Source of the DNA: an uncultured delta proteobacterium | GTDB lineage: Bacteria; Desulfobacterota; Binatia; Binatales; Binataceae | Reading direction: 5' to 3' | DNA: 64,000 nucleotides | NCBI GenBank assembly: GCA_963724765.1 | Contig: CAVRVY010000003.1 | Span: 256,001-320,000 of the forward strand | Shown here: one piece after another, positions 34,998-44,517 of the stretch | How the letters are laid out: the number at the start of each line of letters is the position of its first letter | How positions within the stretch are numbered: position 1 is the stretch's first letter | Notes under the pieces: model-generated | Database searches by the model: none | Seen by the model: only the letters and a program-made list of their open reading frames with translations | Told to the model about the DNA's origin: nothing | Position numbers and translations under genes: made by a program

Positions 34998-35564
34998 TCA
35001 GCGAAAGAGGCAGAGCCAGCGCGAGCAGCGCCGGCGGTAGGACGATGGCAACGGTCTCGGACCAAGGCCGCGGTACCAGAGCAGCATGGCGGCCAGCGGA
35101 TGGCACTCGACGATGTGACCGTAGCTCCGGGCATCGATGTGGTCCGCAAGGTATACCACCACCGGATAGCCAAGGATCATCAGGACCCAGAACAGCCCGC
35201 AGCCGAGCGCCATCGACACCATGATGAGAGGCCCGGCGCCCGGAGCGAGGACGCCAGGCTGGGGGGACGGCGCAGGGGAGAGCATGAACTCCATCAAGAA
35301 AAACGGCACAAGGAACACACCGGTGCCCAACAACATCAGCCAAGCCCACCGGCGCATGAGCTGATGTGGTTTCGGGGCGCGCGGGGCGAACAGCTCTCGC
35401 AGCGCGCCGCGCCAGCCCTGTTCCCACACCATCGAAATCAGCCCGACGCATGCAAGCAACAGCACGACGATCACGAACCGTTGCTCGAGACTCCCGTGCG
35501 CAAGCATTTCCTCGCAGCGCTGAACGAAGGCCAACATCGCCTTTAGACTGACCTCGACTCGCAC
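34998..35564 (-). CDS. hypothetical membrane protein (3 TM)
   Basis: Three hydrophobic segments; start uncertain. Confidence 0.55.
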   Translation of the reverse strand: MRVEVSLKAMLAFVQRCEEMLAHGSLEQRFVIVVLLLACVGLISMVWEQGWRGALRELFAPRAPKPHQLMRRWAWLMLLGTGVFLVPFFLMEFMLSPAPSPQPGVLAPGAGPLIMVSMALGCGLFWVLMILGYPVVVYLADHIDARSYGHIVECHPLAAMLLWYRGLGPRPLPSSYRRRCSRWLCLFR

Positions 35565-35977
35565 TCTTCGATCAGCCGATCGATTCGTTTGATCACGGTT
35601 CGCGCCTCATCGATAAGATGCTCGATCGCGGATATCGAGCGGCGCGGAATCTGAGCCTTGTTCACTCCCGCCGCGATCATCCCGACAAGGTCAGCATTGG
35701 CGGACTCGAGGTCCTGTTGGATCTTCGCTTCCGCGGCCGTCAACTCATCGAGCGCCACCCGCGGCAGTGAAGCCTGTCGAGCCCGTGCAAACGCGCGCAT
35801 GAGCGTGGGACATATCTCGTCAAGATAGGTTTCCATCAGCGCGAGAAGCAACTTCAGTAGGCCATCGATCTCGCTGCCGTCCACCAGCGCGGTATTCAGC
35901 CGATGCTGAAGAAGCCGGACAAAGGCCAAAACCGCGGCAGCATCAGGATTTGTGGAACCATCAGAGATGCTCGCCAT
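35543..35977 (-). CDS. hypothetical helical protein
   Basis: 144-aa ORF overlapping the next gene. Confidence 0.5.
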   Translation of the reverse strand: MASISDGSTNPDAAAVLAFVRLLQHRLNTALVDGSEIDGLLKLLLALMETYLDEICPTLMRAFARARQASLPRVALDELTAAEAKIQQDLESANADLVGMIAAGVNKAQIPRRSISAIEHLIDEARTVIKRIDRLIEECESRSV

Positions 35978-36132
35978 ACGAAACCCCTATGCAGTGACCA
36001 CAGATGTCAGGAAGAATCCTATGCGCATAGGAATAACCGACGATAGCCAAAACCCTCCCACGGGAGAATCAACCCTGACCATGCGCTCTCTCACTGACAT
36101 AATGCATAGGACTCAAGACCTCTGAAGCCCGA

Positions 36133-36462
36133 TTACCCAACCAGGCCACGCGATAGGATTTCTACTTCGCGCCGGCGCTGCTCAAGGTCGACTTCGGCCT
36201 GCGTAGCAGGCAACCCTCGCTCCCGATGCCACCGACGCCAATACTCAGCCAGTCCTTTCCAGGCCGCTTGCAGATTGGGGTATCCCAATTCGCGCTGCTG
36301 CGCAGCAGAGGCTAAGCCGCCGCGACGAGCGAGCATGCGCCTGCCAGCGTGGGCGCGCGCCGCGGGACCGCCTTCTTTGAGCACCTTCCACATCGGCGGC
36401 TGCGGCAGCTTGCGCCGGCGGCGGGGGCGATGTGAGATTTGAGGATCGAAAGCGAACGACAT
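36133..36462 (-). CDS. small basic protein (ARRGGLASA motif)
   Basis: Arg-rich 109-aa ORF lying between two palindrome copies. Confidence 0.5.
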   Translation of the reverse strand: MSFAFDPQISHRPRRRRKLPQPPMWKVLKEGGPAARAHAGRRMLARRGGLASAAQQRELGYPNLQAAWKGLAEYWRRWHRERGLPATQAEVDLEQRRREVEILSRGLVG

Positions 36463-36903
36463 GGCGTAGCATACATCGCGGAGCGCGGCGATTCATCGCG
36501 CCTGAGTAACGACACTCGTCGCCGATTCCTCACGGCCGGCCATCAGACGCGTGGACTCTATGCGCATAGGATGAGCAGCGAACGCTGACGCGGCTTTTCT
36601 GTCACCGCTTTCGGGCCAATGAGGTGCGACTATAGTTGAGCGTCATCGCCTATAACCTGGGAACTTGTGGCGGCGGCTTGCGCTGCCGACGCGGGTGGCC
36701 ACCGGAGCGGCAAAATCAGCCGCAAAAATGCTGGCGACCATCGCCATCGAGCTTTGGTCCTCTCGTTGCTCGCGTACGGGCGGATGTTGCAGAAGCGCAA
36801 CTCAATGTGGAGGAGAGTGGGCGAGAAACCATACGGAATCCAAAGATAATAGTGCGAATCGCGCTAGAAAATTGCCGGGCATCAATCCTGCTGTGACGCC
36901 CCG

Positions 36904-37611
36904 GTGATGAAAAATCTTGCAATTATTTGCTTGGCGGTCGGCGGCGGGTTTGCCTTGATGGTGGCGGCTTTTGGCCCGGCTTACGCCGAAAACGCTGCGA
37001 CCGGATCAACCTCCCCCAAGTTTACAGTCTGCTCTGGTCAGACTTACGCGCTTTGCGCCACCGCAAGCTGCTTTGTATTGGACGATGTCGCTTACTGCAA
37101 GTGCGATGTGGAGTCGGGTGACAGCATTAGCCTGTCCTACTCGTTCGGCAATGGCGAGAACGTCTGCTCAGTGAACGCCGAGGGTGCAGCAAACGGTTAC
37201 ATGGTAAGCACTTTCAGTGTACCCGACTCGGTCATCGCGCCGAACGGAAACGAGGCCCTTTACACCTGCCCGGCCAGCACTTCCAATGGAGCATACGCGC
37301 AGTGCGATGGAGGGTTGTGCTTCACAGGTAGCGAAGGGCAATCCTTTCCCGGTTTTAGCGGGCCCCTGACTGCCAGCGAGGTCATCTGTTCTTGCCCCAT
37401 TACCGTGGCCGACCCGGCCACAGCGCTGGTTGGCTACCAGATCGCCGGTCCGTACCCTTGCCAGAAATCTTTCTTCAAAAACTGCTGGAAGAAGATGGCC
37501 AACAAGCATACCGGCTCGCAGATCTATGTCGGCGCGCCGACCGGCACGGCGCGCCTCTTGGCCGGCCTGCTAAACGGAAGCGTCCCGACGTTGAACCAAT
37601 GCCGTCCGTAG
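36904..37611 (+). CDS. secreted cysteine-rich protein
   Basis: Signal peptide ending AYA; 14 Cys in the mature region. Confidence 0.75.
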   Translation: MMKNLAIICLAVGGGFALMVAAFGPAYAENAATGSTSPKFTVCSGQTYALCATASCFVLDDVAYCKCDVESGDSISLSYSFGNGENVCSVNAEGAANGYMVSTFSVPDSVIAPNGNEALYTCPASTSNGAYAQCDGGLCFTGSEGQSFPGFSGPLTASEVICSCPITVADPATALVGYQIAGPYPCQKSFFKNCWKKMANKHTGSQIYVGAPTGTARLLAGLLNGSVPTLNQCRP

Positions 37612-37848
37612 CACCGCAAAACCCAAAGCAAGGCCCATTCATTTGGGCTACATTGAAGCGCATCGGTAGGTTTTGAATGCTTTAGCCAAGAAGAAAGCCG
37701 TCGATGTCTTCCTTCCGCACTCCGGCGACACATCTAGGGCTGCCAGCTTCGACTTGATGTCCGGCAGCAACTCGTTAATGAGCCTTTAAACCTTTCGGGT
37801 TCGGCTCGAGAGCACCGAAATCAATGCCTGCGTGAGGGGGGAAATATC

Positions 37849-38232
37849 GTGCGCATATCCACAGTCTTTGGCAGCGCCGCGTTGGTCGCGGCTCTATGCC
37901 TGATCGGGTGCAGCGAAATGCAAGTGCCGGCGATGGATCAAGCTCAGGCTGACGTTTACAACCACTGCATGGGTAGCCACTGGTCCACTCTTGCCGATAG
38001 TGCTCTTTTTGGTTTCGCTGGCTATGAGTATCATCAGAATCAGGTATTGAACTGCCAACAGGTGGCGCTCACCCCTCGAAACCCAGCAAGCTCCGACCAA
38101 CCCGTCAAGTCCGCTTCGGTGCCGGTTGCGGTGACCGCGGCCACACCTGCCGCACCTGCAACCGCGACGGCCAATCCGGGTTTACCCATAGGTGCGGGTT
38201 CACCGGGGAACGAGTGGCAACCCGCGCAGTAG
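37849..38232 (+). CDS. putative lipoprotein
   Basis: LIGC lipobox; GAGGGG RBS. Confidence 0.65.
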   Translation: MRISTVFGSAALVAALCLIGCSEMQVPAMDQAQADVYNHCMGSHWSTLADSALFGFAGYEYHQNQVLNCQQVALTPRNPASSDQPVKSASVPVAVTAATPAAPATATANPGLPIGAGSPGNEWQPAQ

Positions 38233-38341
38233 CGAGGGTCGATCTCAACTGAACCAGAGGCGGCGGCAACTCTCCTCAGTTCGACCAGGTAGACGGATTC
38301 CTATGCGCATAGGATTCGCTGAGCCTTGCGGACTGCTTTAG

Positions 38342-38800
38342 CTAGTTCAGCAGGGAGACGCTAGCGAGAAAAGCGTTCAGGCGTGCCGTGTGGGAATTCA
38401 GGGCCGGGATCAGCGCTTCGATTTGAACCGTCGCCGCTGCGACCATTCGGCGCAGCGATAAAGAAGTGAACCGGTTGAACTGGTCGGGCCACGTGCAGCA
38501 GTACTGTTTGCAGCAGGCGATGATCGCCGCATCCGCAGCCACGAGTTCGTCACAGAGACGCACACCCTCGGCATTTAGCTCGGCCGGAAATAGCTCGTAG
38601 CGATCCGCAAGCGTCACCTCCAGCCGTTTCACGGCCTCGCCGAACGGCGGTCGCGCTTTGTCTACCAGCTCGTCGACGAGCCGATCGAATGGGTCAAAGT
38701 AGGAATCAACCTCAGGCTCCGTGTCGATCGGCTTGAGCGGCCTGCGCTCCCGCTCGACTCGCTGTTGGCGGCTCCGCCGGTTGCTGCTCGCTCTCGGCAT
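38342..38800 (-). CDS. hypothetical protein divergent from alpA
   Basis: ATG at 38800; occupies the position of a PICI repressor but no HTH was recognised. Confidence 0.5.
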   Translation of the reverse strand: MPRASSNRRSRQQRVERERRPLKPIDTEPEVDSYFDPFDRLVDELVDKARPPFGEAVKRLEVTLADRYELFPAELNAEGVRLCDELVAADAAIIACCKQYCCTWPDQFNRFTSLSLRRMVAAATVQIEALIPALNSHTARLNAFLASVSLLN

Positions 38801-38971
38801 GGATGGACTCTGGCCTATCTTTCGCGCATGTGTCAAGTGATAGGCCGTGTATCGGATAGTCAATGTGGTATCTAGTACGATAGCGTTAATCAAGTGGCTT
38901 GACTGAGGTTGTCAGTTGCGGGGATCATCTTGGAGACCAGAGCCGCGCACAGCGGCACGGAGGGAAGCCAA

Positions 38972-39175
38972 ATGGGTAATGAGGAGCGGTTACTTTCGCA
39001 AAGCGAGGCGGCAGAGTTTCTCAATATCCAGCCTCGCACTTTGGAGGCCTGGAGGCAGCGTGGAGGGTTTGGGCCGAAGTTTATTCGATATTCCGGACGT
39101 TGCGTCAGGTATCGGTTGAGCGACCTCCAATCCTGGATAGCGGCGCGCGAAGTAGGTAGCGAGGCGGCCGCGTGA
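38972..39175 (+). CDS. AlpA/HTH_17 excisionase-type regulator
   Basis: LLSQSEAAEFLNIQPRTLEAWR..GPKFIR..VRYRLSDL..WI; GGAGGG RBS. Confidence 0.9.
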   Translation: MGNEERLLSQSEAAEFLNIQPRTLEAWRQRGGFGPKFIRYSGRCVRYRLSDLQSWIAAREVGSEAAA

Positions 39176-39179
39176 CGGG

Positions 39180-40274
39180 TTGAACCCTGAAAATGGAAAG
39201 CCCGGCGGGCTAAACCGGGCTCAGAAGGAGAAACGAACTGTGATGGACACAAGCGTACTGAGTTTTCGGAATGAATGTCAAGAGTTGGAGCGGCGCCGAA
39301 CTGCCGATGAGCGTCCTAGCCGCGACCCCGAGCGCGTCGCGCGCAACCTGGCGCGCGCTTTCAATCCGTGGCGCACGTTTCGCCGCTACAGCATCGTGCC
39401 AAACTGCATAATGGAGCGAGATGACCTTTCGGACGGCGCCAAGCTCGTCTATGCGAGACTGATGCAGTTCGGCGGCAAAGGCGGAGATTGTCATCCCTCA
39501 TACGAAAGGCTCGCCAAGGCGGTAGGAAAGAAGCACCGCCATACGGCGATGCGAGCCGTCGAAGAACTCGAGAACAAGGATTTGCTCGTCGTGCTATCGC
39601 CCGAGCCGGGCAAGCGGAAGTCGGCCGGATTCGTCTTCGTCTGGCAGCCGTGGATGGACGCAGATGAGGACCGGGCAGAGGCGGTGACAGGTCGCAAGGT
39701 TGCGACTGGTGAGGTCGCAAGGTTGGGACTGGTGACAGGTCGCAAGATTGCGACCCTAAAAGAATCCTCTTCTGAAAAGACTCCCAGAAAAGAACTTACG
39801 TACGATCTGGAGTTCGAGAAGACATGGAATGCATACCCCAACAGATCGGGATCTAACCCTAAACCCAGAGCTTACCGAGCATGGTTGAAACAGGTCAGTA
39901 GGGTAGAGATCTCCGATCGCTACAAACGGATCGCGGAAATACATGCCGGCGTCGAACGCTACCGGGGCGTCTGCGACGACACCAACACGACCGGCACGCA
40001 GTACGTCATGCTGGCCGCTCGCTTTTTCGATGAAGAACAGTGGTGCGAGCCGTGGGACATCCCGGCGCGGAAGCGATGGGATGATGAGCCGGAAGTCGTG
40101 CCGCCGCCCTACCTGCCTAAAGAGCCGCCCGAGGCGGAGATGCACGAGAAGCATACGGCGCGGCACAAGGAATTCATGGAGCAACTCAACGCCGCCGATC
40201 GAACGAAGCTCGCATCGTATTTGCGCAGACAGAGCGAGGCTTCGATGAACGGAGCAGCCAGCGCAGCGGCATGA
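39180..40274 (+). CDS. phage-type replication initiator (N-terminal winged HTH)
   Basis: LSDGAKLVYARL..CHPSYERLA..AVEELE; C-terminal FEKTWNAYP..K..A..AW; internal iterons; start may be 39242. Confidence 0.75.
   Translation: MNPENGKPGGLNRAQKEKRTVMDTSVLSFRNECQELERRRTADERPSRDPERVARNLARAFNPWRTFRRYSIVPNCIMERDDLSDGAKLVYARLMQFGGKGGDCHPSYERLAKAVGKKHRHTAMRAVEELENKDLLVVLSPEPGKRKSAGFVFVWQPWMDADEDRAEAVTGRKVATGEVARLGLVTGRKIATLKESSSEKTPRKELTYDLEFEKTWNAYPNRSGSNPKPRAYRAWLKQVSRVEISDRYKRIAEIHAGVERYRGVCDDTNTTGTQYVMLAARFFDEEQWCEPWDIPARKRWDDEPEVVPPPYLPKEPPEAEMHEKHTARHKEFMEQLNAADRTKLASYLRRQSEASMNGAASAAA
39691..39754. repeat. three iteron-like palindromes GTCGCAA-NN-TTGCGAC inside rep, followed by an A-rich tract
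   Basis: Copies at 39691, 39714 (one mismatch), 39739. Confidence 0.75.
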
Positions 40275-40342
40275 AGGCGCGAACCTTATGCGCATAGGAA
40301 TGAAAGCCCAAGGTAAACAACCGACTTTTTCGGAGTAAAAGC

Positions 40343-40984
40343 ATGCACGTCGCAATCGCTCACTCACTGCTCGCCCACTCGTGGATCGCGGGGCTCCTGT
40401 TCCCGATTATTGGGCAATCACTCACGAGCGCTCTCTCGGGCACTAATTTGACGAGCCTCCTCACCACGTTGCTGACTGCGATGGCGGGCATAATTCCCGG
40501 CGCGACGCAGAATCAGGAGAACCTGCAGCAGCAGAGCAGTCAGCGGCAATTGTCCGCGAGCGATTTAGCGACCAACCCCAACACCTTCTCGTCGCAGTTG
40601 AGCAACTTGCTCGGCGTGACCGGGGCGAGCGCCGGACCAAACAGCACGGGCGCGAATGGCGCGGGCACGAATACGATTGCAGGGATGCTCCAGAAGCTCA
40701 TCAGCAGCTTCACCGGCAGCTCCAGCCAGAACTTGACGAACAACGTCTGGGAGCAGCTTCAACCGCAACTTGCATCTGCCGGACTTGGGCAGGCCCCGGG
40801 CGTGGCCAATGAAGAACTAGCGACCGCGTTGGCGCCGAATCAGATCCAAGAGCAGACCCTGGGCGCGGAGGAAGGGGCCGGCGCGCTTCAATCAGCGCTC
40901 CAGACCGAAGAGACGAACCTTCAGTTTCCTTTTCAAATTGGGAGCCAAGCGGCGAGTTCCTTCCCGAGCTTCGCGACGCTGTAG
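40343..40984 (+). CDS. Gly/Ser/Thr/Gln-rich protein, DNA-pilot/ejection-like
   Basis: Low-complexity composition with very few charged residues; directly upstream of the SLT protein. Confidence 0.5.
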   Translation: MHVAIAHSLLAHSWIAGLLFPIIGQSLTSALSGTNLTSLLTTLLTAMAGIIPGATQNQENLQQQSSQRQLSASDLATNPNTFSSQLSNLLGVTGASAGPNSTGANGAGTNTIAGMLQKLISSFTGSSSQNLTNNVWEQLQPQLASAGLGQAPGVANEELATALAPNQIQEQTLGAEEGAGALQSALQTEETNLQFPFQIGSQAASSFPSFATL

Positions 40985-40992
40985 GAGGGTGA

Positions 40993-43404
40993 GTGTCTAC
41001 GCAGCCGACATTCGACGACCTCATCCAGGCAATGATCCAAAGCGAGAGCAGCGGTCGCCCAGATGCCCGCGGTGCTAAGGGCGAGCTTGGTCTTCTCCAA
41101 ATCATGCCGAAGACCGCCAAGGATTACGGCATCACCGATCCCCGCATGCTGCTTGACCCGAAGATAAACAAGGCCGTCGGCTCGCGTATCCTCATTGACC
41201 TGCTGAAGAAGTATCGCGGCGACGTGCACAAGGCGCTCGAGGCGTACAACGCCGGCCGCGGGCGAGTCGATAAGGGTCGCGTGCCGGCGTCGAGCATCGC
41301 TTACGCGGACAAGGTAATCGGACGCGCGGGCGCTCGACCTTCGGCTGCGGAGACGGCAACTCGCGCAACCGTCGGATCGCAGACGCCGCGATTTTCGGCG
41401 AGCATGATGGAGAGCGCGCCGCCTTCTCCGGGCGCGGCTGGCGAGAGTCTGCGCGAGCGTTTGCTCCGAGTTTTCGCTCCTGCATCGGCCTCGGCTGCTG
41501 AAACGTCGAACGTCAAAGAGATCCCGAGCGTCGGACCTCCCGCTGATGTCGATACACGGATCGCGGCGAAGCTAGCGGACCGCAGCGTCAGCCCGTCCGA
41601 CATCGACGCCCGAATCGAAGCGAAGCTAAGGGGCGGGACTTCGAGCGCCGCGCCGGCGAAGACTGCACGAGGCGTGCCGATTCCGCCCGGCGCAAAGGTC
41701 GGCGGCGCCCGTACGGGCACCGTGCCAATTCCGCCGGGGGCTAGCATCGGCGCACCCGTTACCGGCGCTGGCCCAACCGGAAAGCCGCTGCCGCTTGCCG
41801 TCCGTGCTGCCGACTGGCTACCGATGGCCGGTCAGATCGGCGGCGAATTGGCCGGCGGCGCTCTTGGCATTGAGAGCGGACCGGGCGACATCGCGGCCAT
41901 TGGAGCGGGCGGTGGTTTGGGCGAAGGCTTGGGCGCGGAGGCGGACACTGGCGTGCGCGCGCTCTATGGCCAGCCCTACAAGAGCCAACCGCAGCTCGCC
42001 AAGGAAGCGGGAGAAGCGGCCGGCATCAGCGGCGGCGGCGCGTTGATTACGCCCGCGCTCAAGATCATCGCTCCATCTAAACTCAAGGCTGCCATTGAAG
42101 CCTCGCGCGCCTACAAGTCGGCGGGAGCGGCGGCCGAGGACGTGACGACGAAGCTACGCAACCTGCTCGGGATGGACGCCGATACGGCCCTGCAGACGAC
42201 GCTTTCGCCGCAAGCCAAGGCCGACCTTGCGGCAGCATATGCGGGCGCCCGCCGCGCCGGTTTCGACCAGATCAGCAAAGTCTACCAAGACGTGCTCGGC
42301 CCCTACTTTCATCGCATGACCCCAAACGCATCGGCGAAGGCTTTTAGCGACTTCGCGAACAAACACGGCGCGCAATCCGTCAGGCTGCTCGACGGCGGAA
42401 TCGACTTCACCCGGCCGACCGTCCGCATGATCCAGCAGTTCAGGAGCAATGTCGCAAAAGCGATGCGTCAGGCCAACATGGACCGTGACCGCGCGCTGAT
42501 CGGCGACCTCTACAAGCTCGAGCACACCGCGGACTCCGACATCAAGGCAGTCCTTCCCGCTGACCGCGCGCTCCGCTACGACCGCATCAACGCCGCGCGC
42601 GCCGACTTCAGCTCACAGATGCCCGGTGCCAAACTGCGCGCGATGTGGAACGCGCCGAGCTCCAGCAAGGCGATCGAGGAAATCCTCAAAAGCGACCCAC
42701 GCCAGATCGCTACGCTGCTCCGCAACGTCGACCAGCTACCGGCCCGCGATCGCGTTAAGGCGCTGACCAGTCTTAAAAACGCGACCGGCGCATGGATCTA
42801 TCGCCAGGCTGCGAACATCCCGAAGTCCGAAGGCCAGGCGGCGGCTCTCGAAGCGTTCGGCAAGGCGGTTCACGACGTACCCGACGCGGCCTTCGCTCGA
42901 CTCTACGGCCCCGGCACCAAGGAGCGGATGGAGGCCGCGACCGATGCGACGCTTCGATTCCACGAGAAGATGTTGCGCTATCCAAACCTCGCGATGGCCG
43001 TGGCTGCGGAAGTAAGGGCGAGACCGATGCCGTGGATCGTGAAGCACGCTCACTATGCAGCGTTCTACGCGCTCTATCCGCTGATTCGCGGGAACCCGGA
43101 GGAAGCCGCACTCGCGCTCGCGATTGGCTTCACGCCAATCGGATTGCACGCGATGCTCGACAATCCCGCCATGCAGGCGCTCTACATCCGCGCGCTCACG
43201 GCCAAGGATCCGAAAGCGATCGCGGACGGGATACGCACGCTGTTGACCGCGCTGGCGGCCCAGGAGCTCCGCGAGCCAATGCCCAAGACGCCACCGCCAG
43301 CACCCCCCGGAGCGCCGCCACCAGGAGCAACGCCAGCCGGAATGCCAGCCAGGATGCCGGCGCCGGGCGCGCGACCGTCAGGGATGCCGGGAATGCTGCC
43401 ATGA
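40993..43404 (+). CDS. large protein with an N-terminal lytic transglycosylase (SLT) domain
   Basis: MIQSESSG, GLLQIMP, AYNAG SLT motifs, then Gly/Ala-rich and helical regions; AGGAGG RBS. Confidence 0.85.
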   Translation: MSTQPTFDDLIQAMIQSESSGRPDARGAKGELGLLQIMPKTAKDYGITDPRMLLDPKINKAVGSRILIDLLKKYRGDVHKALEAYNAGRGRVDKGRVPASSIAYADKVIGRAGARPSAAETATRATVGSQTPRFSASMMESAPPSPGAAGESLRERLLRVFAPASASAAETSNVKEIPSVGPPADVDTRIAAKLADRSVSPSDIDARIEAKLRGGTSSAAPAKTARGVPIPPGAKVGGARTGTVPIPPGASIGAPVTGAGPTGKPLPLAVRAADWLPMAGQIGGELAGGALGIESGPGDIAAIGAGGGLGEGLGAEADTGVRALYGQPYKSQPQLAKEAGEAAGISGGGALITPALKIIAPSKLKAAIEASRAYKSAGAAAEDVTTKLRNLLGMDADTALQTTLSPQAKADLAAAYAGARRAGFDQISKVYQDVLGPYFHRMTPNASAKAFSDFANKHGAQSVRLLDGGIDFTRPTVRMIQQFRSNVAKAMRQANMDRDRALIGDLYKLEHTADSDIKAVLPADRALRYDRINAARADFSSQMPGAKLRAMWNAPSSSKAIEEILKSDPRQIATLLRNVDQLPARDRVKALTSLKNATGAWIYRQAANIPKSEGQAAALEAFGKAVHDVPDAAFARLYGPGTKERMEAATDATLRFHEKMLRYPNLAMAVAAEVRARPMPWIVKHAHYAAFYALYPLIRGNPEEAALALAIGFTPIGLHAMLDNPAMQALYIRALTAKDPKAIADGIRTLLTALAAQELREPMPKTPPPAPPGAPPPGATPAGMPARMPAPGARPSGMPGMLP

Positions 43405-43627
43405 TTCCGCGTGACGGAAATGCATCCTATGCGCATAGCGGCCATCTTCCGGGGCTGGACGGCGATGGAGACGTGCCGGCGTGCGCGCAGACACTCAAGG
43501 CGCGCGAACTCCCTTCGTCGATGCCCGCGAGACCATGCGATGCCGAACAAAACTCGGCCTCTGGCGCGTCGCGCCGCGGCGCGGCACCACAGGTAGCGGC
43601 GAAACCGGCAGAGGGAGGCTTTTGCTG

Positions 43628-44035
43628 ATGTACGCCGATGAACTCCGTTCGATGTTCTGCGAGGTTGCCGGAATTTCTAGCTTGGAACTCGCGACCGAGC
43701 AGTGGGCCTCTCGACTCGGGATAATCTTCTCCGAAATCGGCCAGCCGCTCGCCAAGGTGATTCAACGTCGACGCGACCAAGGGCGCAGCAAAGGGCCAAG
43801 CATCACCTTCGTTCGGGCCTGGGTTGCGAAGCTGTGCAAGCGCCTCGAGACCGACGCCGACGAACGCGAGCGGATCGCGCAACTCAAGACTGCTCTCGCT
43901 GAGAGGGTTTATGAGATTCAGACGGCGAAGGCCGCCGGGGTTACGAAGTCGCGCGTTGCAGTCGCGGCTCAAGTGCGCGCGCGCGTCTGTCGTGCGGCGC
44001 ATGAGTCCAGCGCGGTCACCTTGAGCGGTAGCTAA
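43628..44035 (+). CDS. hypothetical protein
   Basis: GGGAGG RBS before ATG 43628. Confidence 0.55.
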   Translation: MYADELRSMFCEVAGISSLELATEQWASRLGIIFSEIGQPLAKVIQRRRDQGRSKGPSITFVRAWVAKLCKRLETDADERERIAQLKTALAERVYEIQTAKAAGVTKSRVAVAAQVRARVCRAAHESSAVTLSGS

Positions 44036-44096
44036 CGAATGGGCGCCCGTGCGCGTGCTGGCCGCACAACATCAAACTTCGACGGAGGTCGAGACA

Positions 44097-44234
44097 ATGA
44101 GACGGAAAGATGAGAGTCCGATGGAAGAGGCCGAAAAGAAAGTGGTCGAGCGCACCAGCGGGCGGCACTCGCGCCGGCATCACGCACGCGGCGTCAAGCG
44201 GGTCAGGCGCCGTAAGGTCGCTCGATCCAGCTAG
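44097..44234 (+). CDS. 45-aa Arg/His-rich protein
   Basis: GGAGG RBS; RHSRRHHARGVKRVRRRK. Confidence 0.5.
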   Translation: MRRKDESPMEEAEKKVVERTSGRHSRRHHARGVKRVRRRKVARSS

Positions 44235-44244
44235 CCCAAGTTCC

Positions 44245-44517
44245 ATGAGCCTACCAAACCCGCCCCTGCCGGCAGCGGCCCAGCTCGCACGCTGTCGTTG
44301 GAGCGCAGAGTCTTCCGACCAGGACGCGCGCAAGGCAGCGGCGCAGGCGCTCGCAAATCGCCGCTGGGGAAAGTCGACGGCGGAGGAACGTGCGGCGTTC
44401 GGGCTGAAGCTCAGACAGGCGCGGGCCAAACACCGACGCGCCCCAACAGCCGCGCAAGTATCCGGGCTCCTGACCTCGCGGCGCGGGAAACCCAGCGCGG
44501 CGCCCTCGGGCGAGTAG
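44245..44517 (+). CDS. small basic protein (RW..STAEER motif)
   Basis: Shares the RW-x3-TAEER motif with 29770-30024. Confidence 0.55.
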   Translation: MSLPNPPLPAAAQLARCRWSAESSDQDARKAAAQALANRRWGKSTAEERAAFGLKLRQARAKHRRAPTAAQVSGLLTSRRGKPSAAPSGE

